Below are positions 15,984 through 25,496 of a DNA stretch of 32,000 bases, one piece after another (within the stretch, counting starts at the first letter, position 1; each line of letters starts with the position of its first letter). The notes under the pieces are model-generated. The model was not told where the DNA came from, did no database searches, and worked only from the letters and a program-made list of their open reading frames with translations. The translations under genes and the position numbers were made by a program. The stretch comes from Thermoprotei archaeon (GTDB lineage Archaea; Thermoproteota; Thermoprotei; QMSL01; B3-G16). The stretch spans positions 10,624 to 42,623 of the forward strand of contig JAGGXX010000001.1 of assembly GCA_021162845.1 (NCBI GenBank). The letters run 5' to 3'.

Positions 15984-17509
15984 AAATAATGGGAGTAGGT
16001 GGTGGTGCTAGGGAGCACGCGTTAGCTGAAGCAATAGCTAGGAGCGCGCACTCGCCTGAGATATACTGGGTTAGTGAGCTTAGGAACCCCGGGATCTATA
16101 AGATAGTCAAGGCAACCGGTGGGGAGTACGCCTTAGCGGATACAAAGGACGCTGGACGTATAGCGGATCTAGCCGTTAAGTGGCATGTAGATATGGTCGT
16201 AGTAGGGCCTGAGGAGCCTAACTTTCATGGTATTCCCGATGAGGTTGAACGAAGGGGCATACCCTGCATAGGGGCTAAGAGAAGCCTCTCTATAATAGAG
16301 ATGTCGAAGGCTGAGATGCGACGCTTACAATGGAAGTATAACATACCCGGTAAGTTGCTGTTCAAGACTTACCAGTCTTACTCCGAGGCCCTTAGGGATC
16401 TGGAGCGCTACTCTGAAACGTTGACCTGGTTGCAAAATGTGGCCTTAAAGCCCGCGAGGCAAGCGGGCGGAAAAGGCGTTAAGGTGGTTGAGGATTCTCA
16501 GATATATCTCCATGCTGAGAAGCAGGAGTTCAAGGAACGACATATGCGATGGCTAGAGGAGTATATGGAGAAGTATAGCGATATAGAGGAGAAGATTCTT
16601 GTTGAGGAAAAAGTGTGGGGCCCCGAGTACACGCTTCAATGCTTCGTCGATGGCCGTACAGTCGTTGGTATGCCATTAGTGCAGGACAATAAACACGCAC
16701 ATGAATTCGATATAGGTCCTGAAACAGGTGGCATGGGTTCCTATACGGGGCGCGACTTCCTTCTTCCATTCATCACCGAGGAAGAATATAAGCGGAGCAT
16801 AGAGATAGTCGAAGCAATGGTTAAAGCCATTCAAGACGTCACTGGCGAACATTATCACGGATTCATAGCAGGTCAGATGATGTTAACTGAGATCGAGGGC
16901 CCCACGTTGATAGAGATGTATTCGCGCTTAGGGGATCCCGAGGGAGTTAACGTCCTGGCCTTATTAAAGACGGATATCGTGGATATCTTCGAGGCCATTA
17001 TAGACGAGAGATTGGCTAAAATGAAAATAGAGTTCTCCGATGAAGCCACCGTGGTGAAGTCATTAGCTCCTAAGGGGTATCCTGATTTTAGAAGCCTAGC
17101 TAAGGGCCATCCGGTTTACGTTAATGAGACGTTGATAAAGGAGAAGGGATGTAAATTGTATTGGGGCTCGGCTCACCTAGGGCTAGACGGTAGCATCACC
17201 ACTGGAGGTTCTCGTCTAATAGAGATCCTAGCCATAGACGAGTCCCCAGCTAAGGCCTCTCAAAGGATAGAGGAGTGTATCAGCCTTAACCCCGTAAAGC
17301 TATTGGATGGCTGGGGGTTGTTCTATAGATCCGATATAGGTTCCGCGGAGATGATATCGCGTAGGGTAGAGCTCGCTGAAAGGGTCAGGCGATTATACAA
17401 ATATCGTGAAGAGCGAGGTACGTTAGGCAAGAGGATTGATTGGCTCCCGAAAATAGGCAGGGTGGATCCTGTAGCCTCATTACTTAAGGAGTTATCCTTT
17501 AGGAGGTGA
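15980..17509 (+). CDS. purD: Phosphoribosylamine-glycine ligase (GAR synthetase), with C-terminal extension
   Basis: With TTG 15980 as start, the N-terminus reads KIMGVGGGAREHALAEAI, the canonical PurD start. It is preceded by GGGGGTG and overlaps the upstream TGA as TTGA; ATG 15989 is an alternative. An ATP-grasp core is present and RSDIG lies near the usual C-terminus. Confidence 0.9.
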   Translation: MKIMGVGGGAREHALAEAIARSAHSPEIYWVSELRNPGIYKIVKATGGEYALADTKDAGRIADLAVKWHVDMVVVGPEEPNFHGIPDEVERRGIPCIGAKRSLSIIEMSKAEMRRLQWKYNIPGKLLFKTYQSYSEALRDLERYSETLTWLQNVALKPARQAGGKGVKVVEDSQIYLHAEKQEFKERHMRWLEEYMEKYSDIEEKILVEEKVWGPEYTLQCFVDGRTVVGMPLVQDNKHAHEFDIGPETGGMGSYTGRDFLLPFITEEEYKRSIEIVEAMVKAIQDVTGEHYHGFIAGQMMLTEIEGPTLIEMYSRLGDPEGVNVLALLKTDIVDIFEAIIDERLAKMKIEFSDEATVVKSLAPKGYPDFRSLAKGHPVYVNETLIKEKGCKLYWGSAHLGLDGSITTGGSRLIEILAIDESPAKASQRIEECISLNPVKLLDGWGLFYRSDIGSAEMISRRVELAERVRRLYKYREERGTLGKRIDWLPKIGRVDPVASLLKELSFRR

Positions 17510-17514
17510 TCGTT

Positions 17515-18882
17515 ATGGGTTCTCTGGAGGATAGGCTTAAAATCCTTGAGGAAGCGCACTCCTTTAAAAAGGAGCATGAGAAGAGACTAGCCCCTCTTGA
17601 CCAGTTAGATCCCAGGAGACCGTTCGTTTACATATCCATCGGCGGCGGGGAGCTCGGAGACTTAGTACTCACCGCTGCCAAGAGGATACTCGGCGGTGAG
17701 CGCGGTGGCATCAAAACGGTGGCAATTGATAGGTATGAGGGTTTCCCGGCTCAAGACATAGCCGACTCCTTTGAAGTCGTGGATATGCTGAACGGAGATC
17801 TACTTGAGAAGCGCATCCGAAAATACGTTCCCGATCCGCAGGGCGTCCCTCATGCGATATACCTGGAGATAGAGCGCGCAGATACGTATAGGGTCTTCAA
17901 ATTGGGCGTTGAGGAAGGCTATAACGTAATATCGACCCCATACGTGCCCTTAATAGGCATGGATAGACTTGCTACTAAGCTCCTTTTCGATAAGGTGGGT
18001 GTTCCCAGGGTCGAGTGGGCATATGCGGATAGTGAGGAGGGCCTAAAAAAGGTAGCTAAGGACATGGGTCTTCCACTGATCATAAAGCCTGTTATGACGT
18101 CTAGTGGGCATGGCACGACAATTGCTAGGACATGGAAGGATGTGGAGAGAGCATATGAGTATTCCCTTAAACACGCTAGAGGGAAGGGAGATGAAGTTGT
18201 CATCGAGAGGTATCTGCCAGATCTTAAGGAACGTGGAATTGAGATAACGCAATTCGTCCTTCGTCATTTTGATGAAAACGGTAAGATAGTGACCACTTTA
18301 CTACCGCCAGTAGAGCATCAGAGGCCTGGGGCCACTTATCATGAAAGTTGGTTACCATATACTATCCCTGAGTCCGTGAAGAGGAAGTGTCAGGAATACG
18401 CTAAGAGGATCGCGGAGTATCTAGGTGGGCTGGGAATATATGCTGTAGAGCAGTTTGTGATTGACGATAAGGTCTACAATAGCGAGTTCGCTAATAGACC
18501 CCATGATACTGGGATGGTAACGCGATGGGCTCTTAGAAAGGATGAGGGCGCTCTTCACTTATTAGCCTCAATGGGCCTTCCCGTAGTGAACTCCGATATC
18601 GATATAATAACTGAAGGCATGTACTGTGTAGCTCACGTCATATTAGCACCTGACTTCGGTACTGATAAGCTAGTTCCTGTTATAGGCTGGAGGGCTACCG
18701 AAGTCCTAGCCTATATAAGGAAAAAAGGCTATCTAGGCGACATATGGTACTTCGGGAAGCCTATGGCTTATTCAGAGCGTAGGATGGGAATGGCAGTAGC
18801 ATATCATGAGAACCTCAACACGGCTAGGCGAATCGCTGAGGACATAGCTCACTTCGCTGAGAAGTGCATAATATACGGGTGA
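17515..18882 (+). CDS. purT: Formate-dependent GAR transformylase (PurT-type ATP-grasp)
   Basis: GGGELG, VAIDRY..FPAQ, VDMLNGD, EIE, KPVMTSSGHG, ESWLPY, NRPHDTGMVT and FGKP...RRMGMAVA all parallel E. coli PurT motifs. ATG 17515 lies 5 nt after AGGAGGTGA; GTG 17506 is an alternative start. Confidence 0.85.
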   Translation: MGSLEDRLKILEEAHSFKKEHEKRLAPLDQLDPRRPFVYISIGGGELGDLVLTAAKRILGGERGGIKTVAIDRYEGFPAQDIADSFEVVDMLNGDLLEKRIRKYVPDPQGVPHAIYLEIERADTYRVFKLGVEEGYNVISTPYVPLIGMDRLATKLLFDKVGVPRVEWAYADSEEGLKKVAKDMGLPLIIKPVMTSSGHGTTIARTWKDVERAYEYSLKHARGKGDEVVIERYLPDLKERGIEITQFVLRHFDENGKIVTTLLPPVEHQRPGATYHESWLPYTIPESVKRKCQEYAKRIAEYLGGLGIYAVEQFVIDDKVYNSEFANRPHDTGMVTRWALRKDEGALHLLASMGLPVVNSDIDIITEGMYCVAHVILAPDFGTDKLVPVIGWRATEVLAYIRKKGYLGDIWYFGKPMAYSERRMGMAVAYHENLNTARRIAEDIAHFAEKCIIYG

Positions 18883-18889
18883 GGGCTAC

Positions 18890-19141
18890 ATGCCTCTTTT
18901 TAAGGCGCGTATCGAGATCTGGCTAAAGGAAGGGCTCGTCGACGCGGAGGGACAGACGGTTAAGGAGGCTTTAAATGACTTAGGCTACCCGATAATGGCG
19001 GCTCGCGTAGGTAAGGTTTACCAATTGATAATTGAGGCTGTAGATAAGAAGGCCGCTGAAAAAACGATCGACGAGTTATGTAGACGCCTTCTCGCAAACC
19101 CTGTTAAGGATAGATACTACTTCGAGGTGAGCAGATATTGA
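18890..19141 (+). CDS. purS: FGAM synthase subunit PurS
   Basis: The protein is 83 aa. The KARIEIWLKEGLVDAEGQTVKEALNDLGY pattern and the position immediately upstream of purL fit PurS. Confidence 0.9.
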   Translation: MPLFKARIEIWLKEGLVDAEGQTVKEALNDLGYPIMAARVGKVYQLIIEAVDKKAAEKTIDELCRRLLANPVKDRYYFEVSRY

Positions 19142-21519
19142 TCTACAGACGCCTTCCCATGCCCTTTAAAGTCTATGAAGTTGATGTCCTCAACGCCTCC
19201 GAGGAAGAACTATTGAAAATCAGTTCTGAGATGGGCCTTAACCTGAATCTCAAGGAGATGATAGCCGTTAAAAGGTATTTCACTGAGAAAGGACGTCGTC
19301 CCACTGATATAGAACTCCAGACAATTGGGCAATTATGGTCCGAACATTGCAGGCATAAGGTCTTCAGGGGCCTCATAGTCGATGAGAAAGGCGAGATTTT
19401 AGCCCGCGATATGCTGAGATCCTTCATAGCTAAGGTAACTGAAGAGCTTAACCCTGACTGGGTCCTTTCTTTCCTTAAGGATAACGCTGGCATAGTCGAT
19501 TTCACAAACGATTTCGCCATAGCAGTTAAGGTAGAAACGCATAATCATCCGTCTGCCATAGAGCCATTTGGAGGAGCCGCCACAGGTGTAGGAGGAGTAA
19601 TACGTGATATATTAGGCGTATGGGCCAAGCCTATCGCGTTAATCGATGTGTTATGCTTCGGTCCGCTTGACTACCCTTATGATAAACTACCCCCTGGCAT
19701 CAAACATCCCAGATATCTGCTCCGAGGCGTTGTCGCTGGCATAGGTCATTATGGGAACAACATGGGTATTCCCACAGTAGCGGGAGCTATATGCTTCGAT
19801 GAGGGCTATGTGGGGAACATAGTCGTCTATGCCGGTTGCGTTGGTATACTGCCTAAATCCAAGTATGTATGGAGGGTGAAGCCTGGCGACCTAGCTATAG
19901 TAATGGGCAATAGGACGGGTAGGGATGGCATACATGGGGCTACGTTTGCCTCAGCTGAGCTAAGCGAGGACTCCGAACTCTCCTCGAGATCTGCGGTCCA
20001 AATACCCGATCCCATAGAGGAGGAAAAGCTTCGGAGGGCCATACTTAGGATAAGGGATGAAGATCTCGGATCTGGGATCACTGACTTAGGAGGAGGGGGT
20101 CTAGCAGTCGCGATAACGGAAATGGCGCATAGAATGGGCGGCGGGGTTACGGTGTTCCTGGATAAGCTTCACCTGCGTGAGCCTGATATGGCACCATGGG
20201 AGATATGGATATCAGAGTCACAAGAGCGGATGCTCGTAGCAGCTTCTAAGGAAAACCTTAGTAAGATCTTAGAGATAGTGGAGGATGAGGAGCTAGAGGC
20301 CTCAGTCATTGGCGAGTTCACCGCTGGTCCATCGCTTAAGATATACTATGCGGGTTATGTGATAGCCGATCTAGATGTGGATTTCCTCCTCCATCCTCCA
20401 CAGGCTACGCGTAAGGCCGTATGGAGTAGGCCCCGATATACCGAGCCTGACTTCCCCGTACCGAAGGATATGAATGAAGAGCTATTAACCTTGTTAGCAT
20501 CACCTAACATCGCTAGTAAAGAGCGCGTGATCCGCACGTACGATCATGAAGTACAGGGTAACACTGTTATAAAGCCCTTGTATGGCATGTACAGCGGTCC
20601 TAGCGATGCCGTAGTGTTGAAGCCCCTAGATGATTCCTGGAAGGGCGTCGTCATTTCCCTAGGCATAAAGCCTTGGTATAGCAAGATCGATCCCTACTGG
20701 ATGGCAGCATCGAGCATAGAAGAGGCGCTAAGGAATAACGTAGCGGTAGGCGGTAGGCGAATGGCTATATTGGATAACTTCACATGGGGTAATCCCGAGA
20801 AGCCTGATAGGCTCGGCTCATTGCTCAGGGCCGTTCAAGCGTGTTATGATTTCGCGAAGGCCTTCCGCGTGCCCTTCATTTCAGGTAAGGATAGCCTTTA
20901 TAATGAATCCCCCTTAGGTCCAATCCTCCCGACCCTCTTGATAACTGCGATAGGCATCATACCTGACGTAAGGCGCGCTGTATCTCTAGACCTTAAGGTA
21001 CCGGGGGATCCGATATATCTCATAGGCGTAACGTACCCGGAATTAGGCGCTTCCGAATACTTCAGGCTTAAGGGCTACATAGGCAATGAAGTCCCAAGGG
21101 TCCGTGTTCCTCTCGCTAGGAGGATCATGGAATGTATAATCAGGGCTCTGGATATGGGGTTCGTCAAGGCTTGTCATGATCTTTCCGAAGGAGGATTGGG
21201 AGTCGCCATAGCCGAAATGGCGCTCTCCAGCGGATATGGGGCCGAGATATGGCTAAGCGATGTCAAGCAAGAAGGTATTCGGAGGTCCGACTTCCTCCTC
21301 TTCTCTGAGAGCAATAGCCGCTTCCTCCTAGAGGTAAAGCGTGAGAAGACCCATGAGTTCGAAAAGCTGCTCTCCTCCATGGGCTGTCCCTATTCCAGGA
21401 TTGGAGAAGTTCAGGAGGAAGGGCGCCTAATAATCCACGATCTTCATAGCAGCGATATAATAGTAGACCTAGGTCTTGGGGAACTGAGGAAAGCCTGGAA
21501 GGAGGGGCTAAAGTATTGA
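19138..21519 (+). CDS. purL: FGAM synthase II, large subunit
   Basis: SEHCRHK, VETHNHPSAIEPFGGAATGVGGVIRD and a duplicated AIRS-like domain architecture fit PurL. Length is 793 aa. TTG start overlaps the purS TGA (TTGA at 19138-19141) after GAGGTGA; ATG 19159 is an alternative. Confidence 0.95.
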   Translation: MIYRRLPMPFKVYEVDVLNASEEELLKISSEMGLNLNLKEMIAVKRYFTEKGRRPTDIELQTIGQLWSEHCRHKVFRGLIVDEKGEILARDMLRSFIAKVTEELNPDWVLSFLKDNAGIVDFTNDFAIAVKVETHNHPSAIEPFGGAATGVGGVIRDILGVWAKPIALIDVLCFGPLDYPYDKLPPGIKHPRYLLRGVVAGIGHYGNNMGIPTVAGAICFDEGYVGNIVVYAGCVGILPKSKYVWRVKPGDLAIVMGNRTGRDGIHGATFASAELSEDSELSSRSAVQIPDPIEEEKLRRAILRIRDEDLGSGITDLGGGGLAVAITEMAHRMGGGVTVFLDKLHLREPDMAPWEIWISESQERMLVAASKENLSKILEIVEDEELEASVIGEFTAGPSLKIYYAGYVIADLDVDFLLHPPQATRKAVWSRPRYTEPDFPVPKDMNEELLTLLASPNIASKERVIRTYDHEVQGNTVIKPLYGMYSGPSDAVVLKPLDDSWKGVVISLGIKPWYSKIDPYWMAASSIEEALRNNVAVGGRRMAILDNFTWGNPEKPDRLGSLLRAVQACYDFAKAFRVPFISGKDSLYNESPLGPILPTLLITAIGIIPDVRRAVSLDLKVPGDPIYLIGVTYPELGASEYFRLKGYIGNEVPRVRVPLARRIMECIIRALDMGFVKACHDLSEGGLGVAIAEMALSSGYGAEIWLSDVKQEGIRRSDFLLFSESNSRFLLEVKREKTHEFEKLLSSMGCPYSRIGEVQEEGRLIIHDLHSSDIIVDLGLGELRKAWKEGLKY

Positions 21520-22322
21520 TACGCATATTGGTTTTACGGGCTCCCGGGACGAACTGTGATGAGGAGACGGCTAGGGCATTGAGGGAGGCGGGGGCATGCG
21601 TTGACGTAATTCATACCAATAAGCTGGTAAAGCGTGAGGTAGATCTATTCCAATATCATGTTCTCGTATTACCAGGCGGCTTCTCATATGGTGACAGGGT
21701 TAGAGCTGGGGCGATATGGGCGAAGAAGCTCAGGGCACACATAGGTGATATGCTGCTTAGGTACGCAGAAGAGGGCAGGCCTATATTGGGCATATGTAAT
21801 GGCTTTCAGGTACTCGTCGAGTTGGGTTTACTGCCCGGCTGGGAGAGTTCACTTGAGCCACAGGCTGCCTTAGCTCCAAATACCTCCGCCCGCTTCGAGG
21901 CCAGATGGGTTTACTTGAGGTATGAAGGCTCTGAACGTTGTATCTTCACGCGAGATATACCCAGAGGAGCAGTGCTGAGGATGCCAGTAGCACATAGTGA
22001 AGGTCGCTTTCTCTTAGCTCACGATGAGGATCTAAGCCGCCTGATCTCCAACGGTCAGCTCGTCTTTAGATATGCGTTACCCGATGGTAGGCCTGCAGAA
22101 GGCGCATATCCATTCAATCCCAATGGCTCCTTATTCGATATCGCGGGTATCTGTAATCCTAAGGGCACAGTGCTCGGGTTAATGCCGCATCCTGAGAGAG
22201 CCGTTTATTCATGGCAATTACCTGAGAGCGCATCAAGTAACCTCGAAGGTGCATCTGTGTATGCTGATGGATGGCCGATCTTCGCCTCCATGGTACGTTA
22301 TATAGATGAGAACATAGCTTAA
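21516..22322 (+). CDS. purQ: FGAM synthase glutaminase subunit
   Basis: RAPGTNCDEE, LPGGFSYGD, catalytic Cys in GICNGFQ and His in MPHPER fit PurQ. TTG start overlaps the purL TGA (TTGA at 21516-21519) after GGAGGGG. Confidence 0.92.
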   Translation: MIRILVLRAPGTNCDEETARALREAGACVDVIHTNKLVKREVDLFQYHVLVLPGGFSYGDRVRAGAIWAKKLRAHIGDMLLRYAEEGRPILGICNGFQVLVELGLLPGWESSLEPQAALAPNTSARFEARWVYLRYEGSERCIFTRDIPRGAVLRMPVAHSEGRFLLAHDEDLSRLISNGQLVFRYALPDGRPAEGAYPFNPNGSLFDIAGICNPKGTVLGLMPHPERAVYSWQLPESASSNLEGASVYADGWPIFASMVRYIDENIA

Positions 22323-23683
22323 CTCGTCCTGACATTCCTCAGGACTTCGTCAGCATACCTTAAGGCTCTTTCTATGAGCTTCTCGACTTGACCTAAATAG
22401 TTCTCGGGCCTCAGTACCTCCTTAAGTTCATCCTTAGTCAAGCGCGAAAGTACCTTCTCATCATTTAATACTTCATCCCGAAAGCCCTTACCGCTTCTCT
22501 CTGCCCTCCTCTCTATCTCCCTCAGAAGCGCATGCGCTTCATGCCTGCTCATCCCCTTTCTGACCAAGGCCATCATTACTGCTTCGGCCATGATTCCTCC
22601 TCGGGTTAGCTCTAGGTTGCGCCTCATGTTATCTGGCCTAATGATGAGGCCCTTTAAAAGTTTCAACGTAGAATCGAGCATTTCGTCCATTATAAGCATG
22701 GTATGAGGTACTATTATGCGCTCACTACTACTATTCGTTAGATCGCGTTCATGCCACAGAGGTATGTTCTCAAGGGCCACGATCGTTAGCCCCCTCAATA
22801 CCTTAGCCAGCCCGGATATCTTTTCCGCAGTTACTGGATTTCTCTTTTGAGGCATAGTGCTGCTTCCCACGCGCTTGCCCGTGCCTTCAGCTATCTCGCC
22901 TATTTCAGGTCTCATCAATTCCCTTACTTCAATAGCTAGCCTGTCTAGTTGGCTTCCCAAAATGGCCATGGCAGATACTAGTTCCGCGAAGCCATCCCTT
23001 GGGACCACCTGCGTCGTTATCACGTGAGGCTCCAATCCAAGCCTCCTGAGGGCTTCCCTCTCGACTACGAGTCCTTTATCCCCCCAGGCAGCCATGGTGC
23101 CTACTGCCCCAGCCATTTTACCCTTGATTAACCTTCTCTCGGTATCAAGTATCCTCTCTAAGCTTCGGGTAAGCTCGTATACGTAATTAGCGAACTTAAA
23201 CCCTAGAGTTATGGGCAACGCGTGTTGTCCATGTGTTCTCCCGGGCATTATCAGTCCCCTATACCTCCTAGAGTAGTCCATGAGGAGCTCAATTACATCA
23301 ACCAATTTCCTCTTAACTATGTCGATGGCGCTTCTCAATATCAGCGCCCATGCTGTGTCCACGATATCATAACTGGTAGCGCCTAGATGGACGTATTTCC
23401 CCGCTTCCCCAGCGGCCTCGGCTAATCCAACTGCGAGGGCCATTATATCATGACCCATCTTAGCCTCAAGCTCATCCACTCTCTTCAGCTTTACTCGCTC
23501 AACGGCCATCTCTATCTTCTCGGCCATCCCTGGGCTTATAAGGCCGGCCGCCTCTAATCCATAGGCGAGGGCTACCTCCACCTCAAGCCTCTTCCTTAGG
23601 AGATTCTCCCTCGTGAATAAAGCCCTCATCTCAGGGCTACCGTACCTCCACTCTAATGGGCATATCTCAGCTCCTTCCCTCAA
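22319..23683 (-). CDS. purB: Adenylosuccinate lyase
   Basis: [30 protein letters not shown] and the signature [11 protein letters not shown] fit PurB. TTG start overlaps the purE TGA (TTGA on the minus strand, 23680-23683). Confidence 0.92.
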   Translation of the reverse strand: MREGAEICPLEWRYGSPEMRALFTRENLLRKRLEVEVALAYGLEAAGLISPGMAEKIEMAVERVKLKRVDELEAKMGHDIMALAVGLAEAAGEAGKYVHLGATSYDIVDTAWALILRSAIDIVKRKLVDVIELLMDYSRRYRGLIMPGRTHGQHALPITLGFKFANYVYELTRSLERILDTERRLIKGKMAGAVGTMAAWGDKGLVVEREALRRLGLEPHVITTQVVPRDGFAELVSAMAILGSQLDRLAIEVRELMRPEIGEIAEGTGKRVGSSTMPQKRNPVTAEKISGLAKVLRGLTIVALENIPLWHERDLTNSSSERIIVPHTMLIMDEMLDSTLKLLKGLIIRPDNMRRNLELTRGGIMAEAVMMALVRKGMSRHEAHALLREIERRAERSGKGFRDEVLNDEKVLSRLTKDELKEVLRPENYLGQVEKLIERALRYADEVLRNVRTS

Positions 23684-24147
23684 TTCCCATCACCTATATC
23701 CTTCACACTTTTCTCTGATAATTCCCTCCTGTATTTAGTTAGTCGTTCGGCGAGCTCAGGGTACTTCAATGCCAATATCTCCAATGCTAGGAGGGCGGCA
23801 TTCCTGCCATTGTCTATTCCAACACAGGCTACAGGGATCCCTGGAGGCATCTGGGATATAGAGAGGAGCGAATCCAATCCGCCTAGCTGAACCGCCCTCG
23901 GTACCCCTATGACCGGTTTAAGCGTCCTAGATGCTATGAAGCCCGGCAAGGCCGCGGAAAGGCCTGCAATAGCTATGAAGACCTCGGCCTTTGTCCGCGT
24001 TATGTACTGCTCTAAGGCCTTAGGGCTCCTATGTGCGGACATCACCTTATACTCAACCTCTACGCCGAACTCCTTCAGGAGGCGATAGACTTTATCTCCA
24101 ACCGTTTTATCGCTCTCACTTCCCAGGATAAGTGCTACGATAGGCAT
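23680..24147 (-). CDS. purE: N5-CAIR mutase / AIR carboxylase catalytic subunit
   Basis: [30 protein letters not shown] and GVP...[13 protein letters not shown] fit PurE. The ORF is open to TTG 24156; ATG 24147 gives the canonical start. Confidence 0.9.
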   Translation of the reverse strand: MPIVALILGSESDKTVGDKVYRLLKEFGVEVEYKVMSAHRSPKALEQYITRTKAEVFIAIAGLSAALPGFIASRTLKPVIGVPRAVQLGGLDSLLSISQMPPGIPVACVGIDNGRNAALLALEILALKYPELAERLTKYRRELSEKSVKDIGDGN

Positions 24148-24156
24148 ATTCCTCAA

Positions 24157-24220
24157 TGAACATAGATATATGAAGGATAAATAAGTCTATGCTGTGAATT
24201 TAAACTTGAGGATGCTTAAT
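24157..24220. promoter_or_regulatory. Short divergent purE/purM promoter region
   Basis: About 65-75 bp separate the two start codons. AT-rich boxes are ATAGATATAT (24162-24171) and ATAAATAAG (24177-24185; CTTATTTAT on the minus strand). AACAT lies at 24159-24163. Confidence 0.4.
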
Positions 24221-25411
24221 ATGACCTCGCGGTACCTGGAACTGGGTGTCGATGCTCATAAGCGCGGTGTCGAACTCTTTGAGGAACTCGTAGAAAACGT
24301 AGCGCCCTATGCCTTCGCTACGGTCATCAGGGAACCTGGAAGTAATGAAGGTATAATCCTGCATGTCGACGGGGCTGGCAGTAAGCCTATAGTCGCCTAT
24401 CTATATCACATGGAGAACGGGGAAACCCGCTGGTATCGAGGATTAGCTCAAGACGTAGTAGCCATGAATATAGACGATATAATGACCGTGGGTGCCGAAC
24501 CGGTAGCCTTCGCAGATTACATAGCTTTAAATACCCTTAGGTTACCCAAAAGGGATGTCATATCTGAATTATGTCAGGGCTTCAAGGAGGTATTCGATTT
24601 ATTATCCAGGGCCGAGGATGAGGTTAATTTTAAATTACGTCCTGTCTTCGCAGGAGGAGAGACGGCGGATCTACCGGATCAGATTAGGACGTTGGATGTA
24701 GTAGGTTTCGTTCTAGGTAAAGTCAAGTTAGAGAAGGCTATAAAGGGTGATAAGATACCCGAGGGAACGCTGATCGTAGGATTAAGGAGCGGCGGTAAGG
24801 CGAAGTACGAGAGAAGGGAAAACAGCGGGATAATGTGTAACGGCATCACATTAGCTAGACACTGCCTCCTCAGCAAGGAGTACGCCGAGAGATACCCCGA
24901 GATATGCGATTCGCGCTCCAAGGACTACTTCGGTCGCTATAGGGTAGATGATTACTTAGATGAACTAGATATGACGGTCGGCGAGGCCCTCCTCTCGCCA
25001 ACTAGGGTCTACGCGCCGATCATAGCTAAGATATTAGAGGTATTAGCCGACCATGTAAGGGGTATGGTTCATAATACAGGCGGGGGACTAACTAAGTCCC
25101 TAAGGCTGGGAAATGGCCTTAAATACATTAAGGATTCCCTACCTCCGCCAGATCCGATATTCCTCATAATTCAGCGGGAGGGCAGGATATCTTGGCGGGA
25201 GATGTATGAGACCTTTAACATGGGTGTAGGTTTTGAAGTGCTGGTTGATGAGGAAGCGGTAGATGAAGTAATAAACATAGCTGAAAGCTATGGTGTCGAA
25301 GCCTATGTCATAGGTAAGGTCGAGAAAGGCATCCCTAACCTAAATGAGGTCATAGTGAGAAGCGAGAGAGGTACCTTCGTGTATAAGAGAAGACCTAGCG
25401 GTAGTACGTGA
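24221..25411 (+). CDS. purM: AIR synthetase (PurM family, somewhat longer than bacterial PurM)
   Basis: YLELGVDAHKRG, HVDGAGSKP (the DGxGxK motif), NSGIMCNGITLAR, SPTRVYAP, HNTGGG and TFNMGVGF fit the PurM family. ATG 24221 lies 8 nt after GAGGA. The ORF is open from GTG 24194, with another ATG at 24212. Confidence 0.8.
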   Translation: MTSRYLELGVDAHKRGVELFEELVENVAPYAFATVIREPGSNEGIILHVDGAGSKPIVAYLYHMENGETRWYRGLAQDVVAMNIDDIMTVGAEPVAFADYIALNTLRLPKRDVISELCQGFKEVFDLLSRAEDEVNFKLRPVFAGGETADLPDQIRTLDVVGFVLGKVKLEKAIKGDKIPEGTLIVGLRSGGKAKYERRENSGIMCNGITLARHCLLSKEYAERYPEICDSRSKDYFGRYRVDDYLDELDMTVGEALLSPTRVYAPIIAKILEVLADHVRGMVHNTGGGLTKSLRLGNGLKYIKDSLPPPDPIFLIIQREGRISWREMYETFNMGVGFEVLVDEEAVDEVINIAESYGVEAYVIGKVEKGIPNLNEVIVRSERGTFVYKRRPSGST

Positions 25412-25496
25412 ACCTCATCACTCCATCACTCTCAAGCACGTAAGATTCCGCCAGAAAGTATTTATCCATCCTATCGCCTGAATCCTATCCCAGTGG

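Noticed and set aside
17515-18882. Possibility that the ATP-grasp gene is PurK (the partner of PurE) rather than PurT
   Set aside because: Motifs match PurT closely along the whole length (GGGELG, AIDRY, KPVMTSSGHG, ESWLPY, RPHDTGMVT, FGKP..RRMG). They do not match the PurK pattern.
25416-25431. Tandem CATCACTC-CATCACTC just after purM
   Set aside because: It is only two copies of an 8-mer in a short spacer. This is compatible with chance, and no further copies were seen.
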